A DNA stretch of 64,000 nucleotides from Escherichia phage JEP6, in the sequence record MT764206.1, one strand, 5' to 3'. Made by a program: the position numbers and the translations under genes. Positions 28,653 to 37,145 of the stretch are shown one piece after another (the stretch's first letter is position 1; each line of letters opens with the position of its first letter). Below the pieces are notes generated by a model, which saw nothing but the letters and a program-made list of their open reading frames with translations, had not been told where the DNA came from and made no database searches.

Positions 28653-29024
28653 TCAGGAAGCTGAATTGGATCGTTTATTCAACATTCTTTTTATTTCAGC
28701 ATCGGTCATATTATAACCAAGTTCCTTAACTCTTGCTCGCATAGTAGGCAAATAATTTTGGAACATTCCGTAGGCGTGATGCTTTGGTTTAGATTTTAAA
28801 TTAACTCCGCCAGAGCTTTCTTGCCATAAAATAGCAGCCATTATATGACCTAATCCGCTCTTGTGGATATTTTTGTGTGTTTTATATTTTCCATCCTTAG
28901 AAAATTGTTCCCCGAATTGATACGCGTAACGCATGTTATCGAGTTGGACATTACTGAAAGTATGCTCGGAGCTATGTGCCATCATTGAAATGGCCAATAG
29001 ACCAGCGAGTAGTGCTTTTCTCAT
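28653..29024 (-). CDS. SLT-like lytic transglycosylase domain protein with signal peptide, terminated by an in-frame TGA; frame stays open a further 56 codons to 28479
   Basis: 123 aa to the TGA; ES (ILWQESSGG) and GMFQ motifs before the stop, YNSG motif after it in the same frame; extended frame ends in coupling overlap with next gene. Confidence 0.55.
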   Translation of the reverse strand: MRKALLAGLLAISMMAHSSEHTFSNVQLDNMRYAYQFGEQFSKDGKYKTHKNIHKSGLGHIMAAILWQESSGGVNLKSKPKHHAYGMFQNYLPTMRARVKELGYNMTDAEIKRMLNKRSNSAS

Positions 29025-29031
29025 GCTTACC

Positions 29032-29493
29032 TCATTGAGTTTTAATTACTGCTTTAGAAGCCTTTCCTGGTAAACGACGACTGTTGATAATTGCCATCCT
29101 ACATTGAAGTGACGGGTCTTTGAACTTCGCGTTAGGTTTACAAACTGTAAATCCAAGCCAAAGATTTCCATCTGTGATTTCTAGACGTCCAGGACGATAT
29201 TCAACCCCATCAATAAAATCCTCGTCAATGTCAGGACGCGGAGGCATACTCAGGAATTCATTAACTTCTAAAACATGGTCTTTTATTTTATGGAATAATT
29301 CAAAAACATATGTCTCATCAATCTCCCGTTGAATTGCGCGATCAAGAAGATGTTGAGAATATTTTAGATGAAACGATGAGACCCCTGCTGCTTTTGATGC
29401 CTCACGAATCTCATTGTTAATTTGACGAAACTCCGACTCAAAGTGACGACGAAGCTTATTTCGACGGATAAAAACTTCTGTGTTGATAGTCAT
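29032..29493 (-). CDS. regB: endoribonuclease RegB
   Basis: 153 aa; sequence MTINTEVFIRRNKLRRHFESEF... matches recalled T4 RegB. Confidence 0.85.
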   Translation of the reverse strand: MTINTEVFIRRNKLRRHFESEFRQINNEIREASKAAGVSSFHLKYSQHLLDRAIQREIDETYVFELFHKIKDHVLEVNEFLSMPPRPDIDEDFIDGVEYRPGRLEITDGNLWLGFTVCKPNAKFKDPSLQCRMAIINSRRLPGKASKAVIKTQ

Positions 29494-29520
29494 GTTATTC
29501 TCCTCTTAACTGATAGAAAA

Positions 29521-29550
29521 ATTATACCACAGTCAAGAGGAAAAGTAAAC
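29521..29550 (-). promoter_or_regulatory. T4-type early promoter (GTTTAC-N18-TATAAT)
   Basis: conserved element about 28 nt upstream of regB start. Confidence 0.6.
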
Positions 29551-29552
29551 AA

Positions 29553-29831
29553 TTATTCTTTAAATCTAATCAATTTATTCATAGACTTTGAAACTTCTGC
29601 ACGAACCTCATGTAGATTTTTGAGCTGTTCAAGACGCTGCTCATAGTAAGCAATTTCATCTTCTTCGAGACAGTCCTGTGAATCTTCTTTAAGATAACGT
29701 GCATAGTCCTGGAAAGCGTTACGAACTACTTCCTGGAAGTCATCAAGACTTTGAATTTTCTTAGGAGCAACAGATACACGACGAGGGGCAGTATAATACT
29801 CATAACCAAACCCTGCGCTTAATTGAGCCAT
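29553..29831 (-). CDS. hypothetical protein (vs.3 position)
   Basis: 92 aa from ATG 29831 (TAATG overlap with upstream stop); track start 29873 is an extension. Confidence 0.45.
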   Translation of the reverse strand: MAQLSAGFGYEYYTAPRRVSVAPKKIQSLDDFQEVVRNAFQDYARYLKEDSQDCLEEDEIAYYEQRLEQLKNLHEVRAEVSKSMNKLIRFKE

Positions 29832-30097
29832 TAGTATTTTTCCTCTGGTTGGAACACAGCACGGCAAGCCCACATACTGGCTTCTTTGAGTTTCGTTTTA
29901 GCAATAGTTAACTGATCGAGGCTTTCGGCGTAATTCTTCGCGAGTTCACAGTCTTCACAATTATCTAGTGCTTCCCAGAATTCATCGTATAAAGCATCAA
30001 AGATAAGTCCTAAACGAACTTCAGCGTCTTTGATAGCATTCACTTTACCGATTTTCTTTTCAGTATGCGGCTTATAACCCTTAATATCTTCAATCAT
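29831..30097 (-). CDS. hypothetical small protein (vs.4 position; Acb2 candidate by position only)
   Basis: 88 aa from ATG 30097 with GAGGAAG RBS; position relative to regB and the GrcA-like gene. Confidence 0.4.
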   Translation of the reverse strand: MIEDIKGYKPHTEKKIGKVNAIKDAEVRLGLIFDALYDEFWEALDNCEDCELAKNYAESLDQLTIAKTKLKEASMWACRAVFQPEEKY

Positions 30098-30311
30098 ATT
30101 TGACTTCCTCACCAGTACATAAATCATATTCAACTAAACGAATAGGTTCATGAATGCCATATCCTTGAACAGAAATTTCTGTAGTAGGATAAATTCCATC
30201 AATATCGCCCATATTCCACGCTTCATTAAATTGCTGTTCGCCTGAATTACTAAACCATTCGGCGAAAGCATTTAGCACATCTTCAGAACCTTCAATAATT
30301 ATCTTTGCCAT
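30090..30311 (-). CDS. hypothetical protein (vs.5 position)
   Basis: ORF track 73 aa. Confidence 0.45.
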   Translation of the reverse strand: MAKIIIEGSEDVLNAFAEWFSNSGEQQFNEAWNMGDIDGIYPTTEISVQGYGIHEPIRLVEYDLCTGEEVKYD

Positions 30312-30673
30312 TACAAACTCTCGGTAAAGGTACGAGCGATAACGTCGCGCTGCTGTTCCGGAGTCAGAGAGTTAAAGCGAACTGCATAACCGGATACACG
30401 GATGGTCAGCTGCGGATATTTTTCCGGATGCTTAACTGCATCTTCCAGAGTTTCACGACGCAGAACGTTAACGTTCAGGTGTTGACCACCTTCAATTTTA
30501 ACTGTAGGCTGTTGCTCAATTTCAATTTCACGGGCATGCAAACCGTAGAAAATTTCTGGGTCTACAAAAGAGTCCTCTTTAAAGGTTTTAGAAACGATAA
30601 TTCGTGCTTGAATACCATCTTCAAAATAAATAGTACCTTTATGTGTGCCTTCAAGAATTTGATATGCTTTCAT
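30311..30673 (-). CDS. autonomous glycyl radical cofactor (GrcA/YfiD-like)
   Basis: 120 aa; C-terminal ~60 aa ([59 protein letters not shown]) essentially identical to recalled E. coli GrcA, including glycyl-radical RVSGY. Confidence 0.8.
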   Translation of the reverse strand: MKAYQILEGTHKGTIYFEDGIQARIIVSKTFKEDSFVDPEIFYGLHAREIEIEQQPTVKIEGGQHLNVNVLRRETLEDAVKHPEKYPQLTIRVSGYAVRFNSLTPEQQRDVIARTFTESL

Positions 30674-30680
30674 ATAAACC

Positions 30681-31010
30681 TCAATTAGAAAATAAATTTA
30701 TCCAAGATTGTTCTTTAATTAAAAATGGCTCAGAATCATATGCCATTAAACTCTGTGTGATTAGTCCTTTAAAAGGCCCATCAATAAATTCCATGGTAAA
30801 ATATGGAATTTTATTCATTAGCCGTGCATTAGGAGCAGTACACAAAACTCTGCATCCTTTGAATACACCTTTTTGTAATTTGTATTGCTTAGGATAAAAT
30901 TCACTTAAAATGTTATTTTTTGCCAAAATTTCAAAATGATTCACCAATTTATTTTTAATAGTTTTTGGCGAAAAATAAAGATATTCGAAAAGCTGAGTGT
31001 CTGTCATCAT
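30681..31010 (-). CDS. hypothetical protein
   Basis: 109 aa from ATG 31010 (ATGA overlap with upstream stop); track start 31061 is an extension. Confidence 0.45.
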   Translation of the reverse strand: MMTDTQLFEYLYFSPKTIKNKLVNHFEILAKNNILSEFYPKQYKLQKGVFKGCRVLCTAPNARLMNKIPYFTMEFIDGPFKGLITQSLMAYDSEPFLIKEQSWINLFSN

Positions 31011-31546
31011 TGCATTCCGATTACGAAAAACTGCGGACGAGTAATACCACCAATACAACATTTAATATTACAGCAGCAGTGTACAGTGTCAATGTGGACA
31101 CTATAAATCTTATCCATATCAGGAGATTTGACAGGCTCATCAATTATATATAAAATTCGCGAAAGCGATAAACCTCTGAACTTGCTTCCTTTATTACCAA
31201 TAAAACTGCGCACAGAATCAGTAAATAAACGAAAACGTATATCATCATTAGAATAACGCGAAAATTCCTTTTTAATGTTATTTGCAGAAATTTTAGCGTA
31301 AGCTGAAGTATTAGAAAGAACAATAACCGTTCCGCCATCATATAACCAATTAGCAGCAAAGTTAGTCACAGCAATTGATTTACCTGATTGACGTCCACCA
31401 TCTAGTCGAAGTGTGCAATACTGTTTAAGTAAGTCTTCAAATGGTGGGACATAACCGTTCTTACAAATTTCTTCTACTCTAGCATCAGAATGGTGTGTAA
31501 AAGCATTCATCAGGGATAGATAAGGTCCAGTTAAAAATGTTCTCAT
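31007..31546 (-). CDS. small P-loop NTPase with Cys-rich C-terminus
   Basis: 179 aa; Walker A GGRQSGKS, Walker B LYIIDEP; occupies the position where T4 has denV. Confidence 0.5.
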   Translation of the reverse strand: MRTFLTGPYLSLMNAFTHHSDARVEEICKNGYVPPFEDLLKQYCTLRLDGGRQSGKSIAVTNFAANWLYDGGTVIVLSNTSAYAKISANNIKKEFSRYSNDDIRFRLFTDSVRSFIGNKGSKFRGLSLSRILYIIDEPVKSPDMDKIYSVHIDTVHCCCNIKCCIGGITRPQFFVIGMQ

Positions 31547-31627
31547 TTAGTTTCTCTTTTAGGTTGGGCCATTCCGTGGCGCATGAATTGTCCATTTCTG
31601 TATTTACCCCTCCAAGTAATTATGAAT

Positions 31628-31657
31628 ATACTATCACAATTCTAGGAGAAAGTAAAC
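31628..31657 (-). promoter_or_regulatory. T4-type early promoter (GTTTAC-N18-TAGTAT)
   Basis: conserved element between ipII stop and ORF start 31546. Confidence 0.55.
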
Positions 31658-31659
31658 TG

Positions 31660-31962
31660 TTATTTACCTTTAATTACTTTAGCTGCTTCGATAGCCGCTT
31701 GCTGAAGGTCATCCATAGACATACCGAATTTAGAAGCAAAGTTATCAATTTTCTTTTCGACAGCATTCAAAGGCTTGGCCTGTTTACCTTCATTAGCGCC
31801 AGGAAGAGCGAGAATACGCTCTTTGTCAATATAAAGGCTTACAAGTTTCTTACGGTCTTTATCGGACAAATCATGAAATGAATGGGCCTTTTTATTTATA
31901 GCGGCTTCTAATTTACCTGCACTCACTCGCGCTTCAGTAATAAATTCTTGATATGTTTTCAT
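31660..31962 (-). CDS. ipII: internal protein II
   Basis: 100 aa; N-terminal capsid-targeting sequence MKTYQEFITEA; matches recalled T4 IPII. Confidence 0.85.
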   Translation of the reverse strand: MKTYQEFITEARVSAGKLEAAINKKAHSFHDLSDKDRKKLVSLYIDKERILALPGANEGKQAKPLNAVEKKIDNFASKFGMSMDDLQQAAIEAAKVIKGK

Positions 31963-32021
31963 ATGTTTCCTTTAAATGTAAATATTTTAATTGGTAATTG
32001 ACTGTTTAAGTAACTGTGAAT

Positions 32022-32051
32022 ATATTATCACAATTCTAAGAGAAAGTAAAC
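32022..32051 (-). promoter_or_regulatory. T4-type early promoter (GTTTAC-N18-TAATAT)
   Basis: conserved element between e stop and ipII start. Confidence 0.55.
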
Positions 32052-32056
32052 TGCTT

Positions 32057-32581
<525 letters not shown>

Positions 32582-33037
32582 TTAAAAGAGGTTGTTCATT
32601 ATTCGGTAAAGTGAAGGACCCATCACATATTGCCACTGAGTACGAGGAATAAGAGCAAAAGCGTCCATCTCTGGAATCATAACACCATCTTTATTTTCAA
32701 AATAAGACTCGCAATGGCAATTTCTAAACATCTCATGCTCTACTGGAATCGTATAATAAAATAGCTGTAAGTCTTTATTACTAGAATATTTAAATACACC
32801 TAGGTCTTCTAGAAGGTCTGGATTATAATTGCTAAAACCGGTCTCTTCTAAGCATTCTCTTTTTGCAGCTTCCAGTGCATTCAAATCAGAACTTTCTACA
32901 CGGCCCTTTGGAATATCCCAGCGGTGTGCCATCATTCCAGGCTTACGAGAACCAGTAACCCGACCCATAAATAAATCTTTATCTTCTGTCATAAAGATAA
33001 TACCAGCTGATAAGGTTTTCATTTTAATTTCCTGCAT
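32582..33037 (-). CDS. nudE: Nudix hydrolase
   Basis: 151 aa; Nudix box GRVESSDLNALEAAKRECLEETGF; alternative start at second ATG 33022 (AGGAAA RBS). Confidence 0.8.
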   Translation of the reverse strand: MQEIKMKTLSAGIIFMTEDKDLFMGRVTGSRKPGMMAHRWDIPKGRVESSDLNALEAAKRECLEETGFSNYNPDLLEDLGVFKYSSNKDLQLFYYTIPVEHEMFRNCHCESYFENKDGVMIPEMDAFALIPRTQWQYVMGPSLYRIMNNLF

Positions 33038-33507
33038 TCAGTGATAAAGTTATTTAAATTTTGAGCATATTTCTTTTCATCAAAAATCTTTTGCTGTCTG
33101 CGTAAACGCCATGGCATTTCAATGAACATACGCCATATTCCTGATAATACTGCTGCTGTAAAAATATTAACAAGTATAGTTAAAAGAACCCAATCTCCTA
33201 TTCTGTCCATTGGATTTTTTATAAAAAAGTAAAATACGAACGATGATATAGGAAGACTAATGATATACCACAGAATAACCTTCTTATCTGTGAACCAATC
33301 GGCATTCGTTAACTTAGCGCGACCATTTTGAATACACACGAATTTATCATCTGTTACAGTAAATGGTTTAGCTGCTTGATATCCCATTCTAAACTCCCTA
33401 ATTAATCGTTTCTTTGTATCTTCGGAACAACCATTCCAATCAACTCTATCAACTGAAATGCCATCATCCCCATCATCTAAATCATACCAGCGAGTTTTTA
33501 AAATCAT
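33019..33507 (-). CDS. hypothetical membrane protein
   Basis: 162 aa; two hydrophobic helices; C-terminal FITECRKLK junction motif. Confidence 0.5.
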   Translation of the reverse strand: MILKTRWYDLDDGDDGISVDRVDWNGCSEDTKKRLIREFRMGYQAAKPFTVTDDKFVCIQNGRAKLTNADWFTDKKVILWYIISLPISSFVFYFFIKNPMDRIGDWVLLTILVNIFTAAVLSGIWRMFIEMPWRLRRQQKIFDEKKYAQNLNNFITECRKLK

Positions 33508-33878
33508 TTAATTTTCCTGCAATCGCTCACAAACTCTTTCATTGATTCATTTTCAATATAAGACATGTAGCTATTATATTCTTTTAATTGTATTTTGTAA
33601 TCCTTTTTTCTTTGCCAATTTATTTTAAAATTATCATAATGAAAATATAACATAGTACCAAAGAATGAAAACAATGAAATAATTTTAGTATAACAAAGCT
33701 CACTCCAAACTTCTATTATATCTATTATACCGCTGACGTTACTACGGATGTTTAAAATAAGACAGTCAATTAACAATCCAAAAAGACTACCTGCAAGAGC
33801 TGCAAATGCTGATACGGCAAGAATTAATAGTGCCTCTGGAAACGAATATTTAACTTTATTTAGTTTTGGCTTTTGCAT
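33504..33878 (-). CDS. hypothetical membrane protein
   Basis: 124 aa; C-terminal FVSDCRKIK. Confidence 0.5.
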   Translation of the reverse strand: MQKPKLNKVKYSFPEALLILAVSAFAALAGSLFGLLIDCLILNIRSNVSGIIDIIEVWSELCYTKIISLFSFFGTMLYFHYDNFKINWQRKKDYKIQLKEYNSYMSYIENESMKEFVSDCRKIK

Positions 33879-34273
33879 CGTGATTCCTTAACAAATTTCA
33901 TAATTTCATCAAATTCATACGCAGCAAGTTTAAGCTGATATTCCTTTTTAATCTTTTTACACTGTGCTTTCCAATCACGTACACGTTTACGATAATGTCT
34001 TCCTTGATACCAATATCCTATCCAATTTACAGGTACTAATAAAAGTGGAACTATTAATGGAAGAATTAGCATTAACACAAGTATTTCGCCAGAATCAATA
34101 TCAGTCATAACATCTAAAACGCCTCCAATAATCAATAGAATTACAAATGATATGAGTATAACAGGACCTATTAATACATCAGTAGAAATTAGCTGGCGCT
34201 TTAATTCATACTTTAAGGGTTTACTTGGAAGATACATTGATGGTTTTGACATATTCTCTACATTCCTTAACAA
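33860..34273 (-). CDS. hypothetical membrane protein
   Basis: 137 aa; hydrophobic central helices. Confidence 0.5.
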   Translation of the reverse strand: MLRNVENMSKPSMYLPSKPLKYELKRQLISTDVLIGPVILISFVILLIIGGVLDVMTDIDSGEILVLMLILPLIVPLLLVPVNWIGYWYQGRHYRKRVRDWKAQCKKIKKEYQLKLAAYEFDEIMKFVKESRCKSQN

Positions 34274-34835
34274 ATTTTTCTAGTAATAAATCACTTTCAA
34301 AATTAGGATTTTCCACGAATTTATCAAAAAGATCATCAACAATATTCAAGATATTTCTTTTACTAAGAATACGTTTATTTTCATGCTTCGTTTCAGAATC
34401 AACTATAAGAGTAAAGAAATATTTCTTTCCCTGAAATTTTACTGTAGTATCAATATAGAATAAATTTGACTTTTGTAAGTTACGTTTAAACCATGCGTCA
34501 CTTAAACTATAAATGCCGAGATAATCATAATCGTCGTTTAAATAACATACTGTCCATTCAGGAGAAATGAAATCAGTAAATTCAACATCAAAATCACACG
34601 TCAATAAATGAATTGATTCAATACTGTTAATAAGTATTCCAGGACGTATTAAAGACTTTTTACCTCTGGAAAATCTTCCAGAAAGACTTTCATTAGTTTC
34701 ATATGAAGAACCCCAATAGTAATTACGTCCTTCTGCCATGCGTTTAAGAGCATTTAGTAATTGGTCTGGAACATCAACCTGTCTTTGGAACTCTTCAAAC
34801 ATTGAATTGAAATCACTTTGCATTTTCATTTTCAT
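34221..34835 (-). CDS. hypothetical protein
   Basis: ORF track 204 aa. Confidence 0.5.
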   Translation of the reverse strand: MKMKMQSDFNSMFEEFQRQVDVPDQLLNALKRMAEGRNYYWGSSYETNESLSGRFSRGKKSLIRPGILINSIESIHLLTCDFDVEFTDFISPEWTVCYLNDDYDYLGIYSLSDAWFKRNLQKSNLFYIDTTVKFQGKKYFFTLIVDSETKHENKRILSKRNILNIVDDLFDKFVENPNFESDLLLEKFVKECREYVKTINVSSK

Positions 34836-34856
34836 TCCTATTTACTCCAAGTAATA

Positions 34857-34870
34857 GGGGCCGAAGCCCC
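34857..34870 (-). terminator. hairpin GGGGC-CGAA-GCCCC
   Basis: GC hairpin directly downstream of ORF 34877-35470. Confidence 0.45.
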
Positions 34871-34876
34871 TTATCA

Positions 34877-35470
34877 TTATTTCAGAGAATTAATGTATTC
34901 CTGAACATCGGCAGAGGTAGTTTCAACCCCGGAAATATTACCGTTAAAGGTTTCAACTCGAGCAAGAGTATCTTCAATATCAACCTTAGTCAGTGCTGCA
35001 ATTTCAACTACATCATCGGCAGTACTAATTCCAAGGGCATTTGCTGCACGAGTTTCACGGATATATTCCAATTTAACTGCAAGTTCTTGACGAGCATCAT
35101 CTAACTCAACTACTTTCTTAGCGATTTCAATTCGCATTTCAGCATAACCGTCAGCCTTAGTAGTCAACTGCTCAGCTGTTCGACGATATAGTAAACCGAG
35201 TTTAGCATGCATTGTTACATCTTGACCTTCGGAAAGAAGTTTACGAATTTCACGCTCTTTTGATTCGGCTTGTCGATTCTTTTCGACAATAAGTTCACGA
35301 ATACGTTTTTCTTCATTAATAGATTTAACAGAAGCAGTTTTTAGATCTTTAATTTTATCAAGTAGTTTTGCTGCTGCAGCAGTATACTGTTCTTCAACAG
35401 ATAAATTTTTAGCCATAGCAGAACCAAGTTTAGTGCGAATAAATTCAACAATTTTCTTCAGTGTGTTCAT
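34877..35470 (-). CDS. hypothetical coiled-coil protein
   Basis: 197 aa; long heptad-repeat regions. Confidence 0.55.
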   Translation of the reverse strand: MNTLKKIVEFIRTKLGSAMAKNLSVEEQYTAAAAKLLDKIKDLKTASVKSINEEKRIRELIVEKNRQAESKEREIRKLLSEGQDVTMHAKLGLLYRRTAEQLTTKADGYAEMRIEIAKKVVELDDARQELAVKLEYIRETRAANALGISTADDVVEIAALTKVDIEDTLARVETFNGNISGVETTSADVQEYINSLK

Positions 35471-35511
35471 AGTATTTCCTTAGGTTGATTAAAAATAAAA
35501 TCTGTGGAAGA

Positions 35512-35541
35512 ATTATATCATGCTACTTAAGAGATGTAAAC
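35512..35541 (-). promoter_or_regulatory. T4-type early promoter (GTTTACA-N17-TATAAT)
   Basis: conserved element about 40 nt upstream of ORF start 35470. Confidence 0.6.
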
Positions 35542-36046
35542 TATTTTTAATTTTACAAATTCGTTCAGCTTCTTCAACAGCGGCAGTGATAATGCTTTTA
35601 GCTATAGGAGTACTAATACTAGTAGCTTTTACACTTAACACGATTTCTTTATCTTCACCAGGCCAACCCCACGATTTTTCACCATGAGTGCCTTTAATTA
35701 CAGCAGACACCTCAAGTGAGCATCCATTATCGCATGTTTTTACATTAACAACCCAAGTGTCACTTTTCTCAACCGGTTTATCCCAGTAAATATTAAGAAT
35801 ACGTGGGACATCAAATTTAGCAGGGCAAATCTTAACCGTAAGACCTTCGCTTTCTAGCCAATTAATAAGAGGGCGTTCATACATGCGGCGATGTGGGCTT
35901 TGAACTCGACAAGCTTTGTACCCATTGCTCGCGGCTTCACTAAGCTCTTCTAATACCTGCTTTTGCATTATTGATAAGATACCATCAAAAGATTTTTCGG
36001 AAGTTTCATTCAGTTCGGTATAAAGAGACATAACAGTTTTCCTCAA
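35513..36046 (-). CDS. hypothetical protein
   Basis: ORF track 177 aa. Confidence 0.5.
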   Translation of the reverse strand: MRKTVMSLYTELNETSEKSFDGILSIMQKQVLEELSEAASNGYKACRVQSPHRRMYERPLINWLESEGLTVKICPAKFDVPRILNIYWDKPVEKSDTWVVNVKTCDNGCSLEVSAVIKGTHGEKSWGWPGEDKEIVLSVKATSISTPIAKSIITAAVEEAERICKIKNSLHLLSSMI

Positions 36047-36087
36047 ATTATAGGCTCATAATATCTCAATCATGAGCCTATGTAAAC

Positions 36088-36351
36088 TTATTTCATATTA
36101 TTGAAATATTCTTCTGCGATTTCGTCGTTATCATGGTAAACTTTAGAAGACAGTTTAACATAACTTTCAGCAGTGAACATGTTAATCACAACCTTTACAG
36201 TATACCACTGACCATCTTCATTACCCATTACTGCGTAAGTTTCAAACATCGGATGGTCAGGACCGATAACTTTAATATCATTCACTGTACGACCAAAATC
36301 TTCTGAAACACATTTCATAAAGAAGTTGAACAGTTCGCCGTAATTATCCAT
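36088..36351 (-). CDS. hypothetical protein
   Basis: 87 aa from ATG 36351 with GGAGA RBS; track start 36405 would overlap the promoter. Confidence 0.5.
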   Translation of the reverse strand: MDNYGELFNFFMKCVSEDFGRTVNDIKVIGPDHPMFETYAVMGNEDGQWYTVKVVINMFTAESYVKLSSKVYHDNDEIAEEYFNNMK

Positions 36352-36395
36352 TTCATTCTCCAAGTTGTTTTTCTGTATCAGTAGTTGATAGTTGT

Positions 36396-36425
36396 ATAGT
36401 ACCATGGAAGGACAAGGATGTAAAC
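36396..36425 (-). promoter_or_regulatory. T4-type early promoter (GTTTACA-N17-TACTAT)
   Basis: conserved element upstream of ATG 36351. Confidence 0.6.
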
Positions 36426-36558
36426 CGTTTTGTGAAAAATTTTTTAAAAAGTTTTAGGGAATTCTAGGGCAGGGAGGGGCAATTAAAAGATAGGATAATA
36501 TATTATAAAGGGTAGAAACTAAATGATGTCTAGAGAGGCCTGGAAAGGCCTAGATACC

Positions 36559-36586
36559 AAAAAGCCCCAACCTTTTGGCTAGGGCT
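36559..36586 (-). terminator. intrinsic terminator (10-bp stem, AAAA loop, T5)
   Basis: minus-strand AGCCCTAGCC-AAAA-GGTTGGGGCT followed by TTTTT, just downstream of CTS-protein gene. Confidence 0.65.
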
Positions 36587-36593
36587 AAGAATG

Positions 36594-37067
36594 TTATTTG
36601 ATTTGTTTAGCAGACCAAATGCGGTCTTTAATAATTTTTTGGATGTCTTCAACATACTCAAGAGAGTGAGCATGTGGGTTATCTTTGAAACTATAAGCAC
36701 GAGCTAGCTTTTGGCCTTCAGTTTTGATTACTAAAAGCTCTTTAAGGATAGCTTCATATTTAGCGATAATTCCTTTAACAATATTTTTTTCTTGTGCAGC
36801 TTTAGGATCTGCTTTAGGCGCAGGTTTACCCGAAGCCTTTGCAAAAGCAGCGCCAGTAGCAACTAGACTTTTCCAGGCCATACTAACTGCATTTCCCGTA
36901 AATCCTTCTGCTTTCATGTCGCGAGCAAATTGGAATCGTGATTCGTCAGAAGCATCTTTATAGGAATATTTACCCGCTGCAATGGCTGCTTTTGCGACAG
37001 CTTGAATTTCGGTGCTAGATGCTTCATTTAACACCGCTTCATTTAAAAATTGAGCATATGATTTCAT
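36594..37067 (-). CDS. internal-protein-like gene with capsid-targeting sequence (IPIII/IPI-type)
   Basis: 157 aa; N-terminal MKSYAQFLNEA resembles the CTS of ipII (MKTYQEFITEA); late promoter upstream. Confidence 0.6.
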   Translation of the reverse strand: MKSYAQFLNEAVLNEASSTEIQAVAKAAIAAGKYSYKDASDESRFQFARDMKAEGFTGNAVSMAWKSLVATGAAFAKASGKPAPKADPKAAQEKNIVKGIIAKYEAILKELLVIKTEGQKLARAYSFKDNPHAHSLEYVEDIQKIIKDRIWSAKQIK

Positions 37068-37107
37068 CTTATTTCCTGTTTTAATTCGTGGATTTAATAT
37101 ACTACTA

Positions 37108-37115
37108 TATTTATA
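37108..37115 (-). promoter_or_regulatory. late promoter (TATAAATA on minus strand)
   Basis: exact TATAAATA about 40 nt upstream of CTS-protein gene start, between tRNA-operon terminator and the gene. Confidence 0.5.
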
Positions 37116-37117
37116 CT

Positions 37118-37145
37118 AAAAAGCCCCAACCTTTCGGTCGGGGCT
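37118..37145 (-). terminator. intrinsic terminator of the tRNA/stable-RNA operon
   Basis: minus-strand AGCCCCGACC-GAAA-GGTTGGGGCT (10-bp stem, GAAA loop) followed by TTTTT. Confidence 0.7.

Noticed and set aside
30681-31546. Possibility that ORFs 31007-31546 and 30681-31061 are halves of one frameshifted pseudogene
   Set aside because: The junction is a clean ATGA stop/start overlap with an in-frame ATG, the usual translational coupling in this genome, so two separate genes are more likely.
36535-36552. Palindrome AGGCCTGGAAAGGCCT as a separate terminator
   Set aside because: Short stem with no adjacent T-run; lies just upstream of the better terminator at 36559-36586, so it was not called separately.
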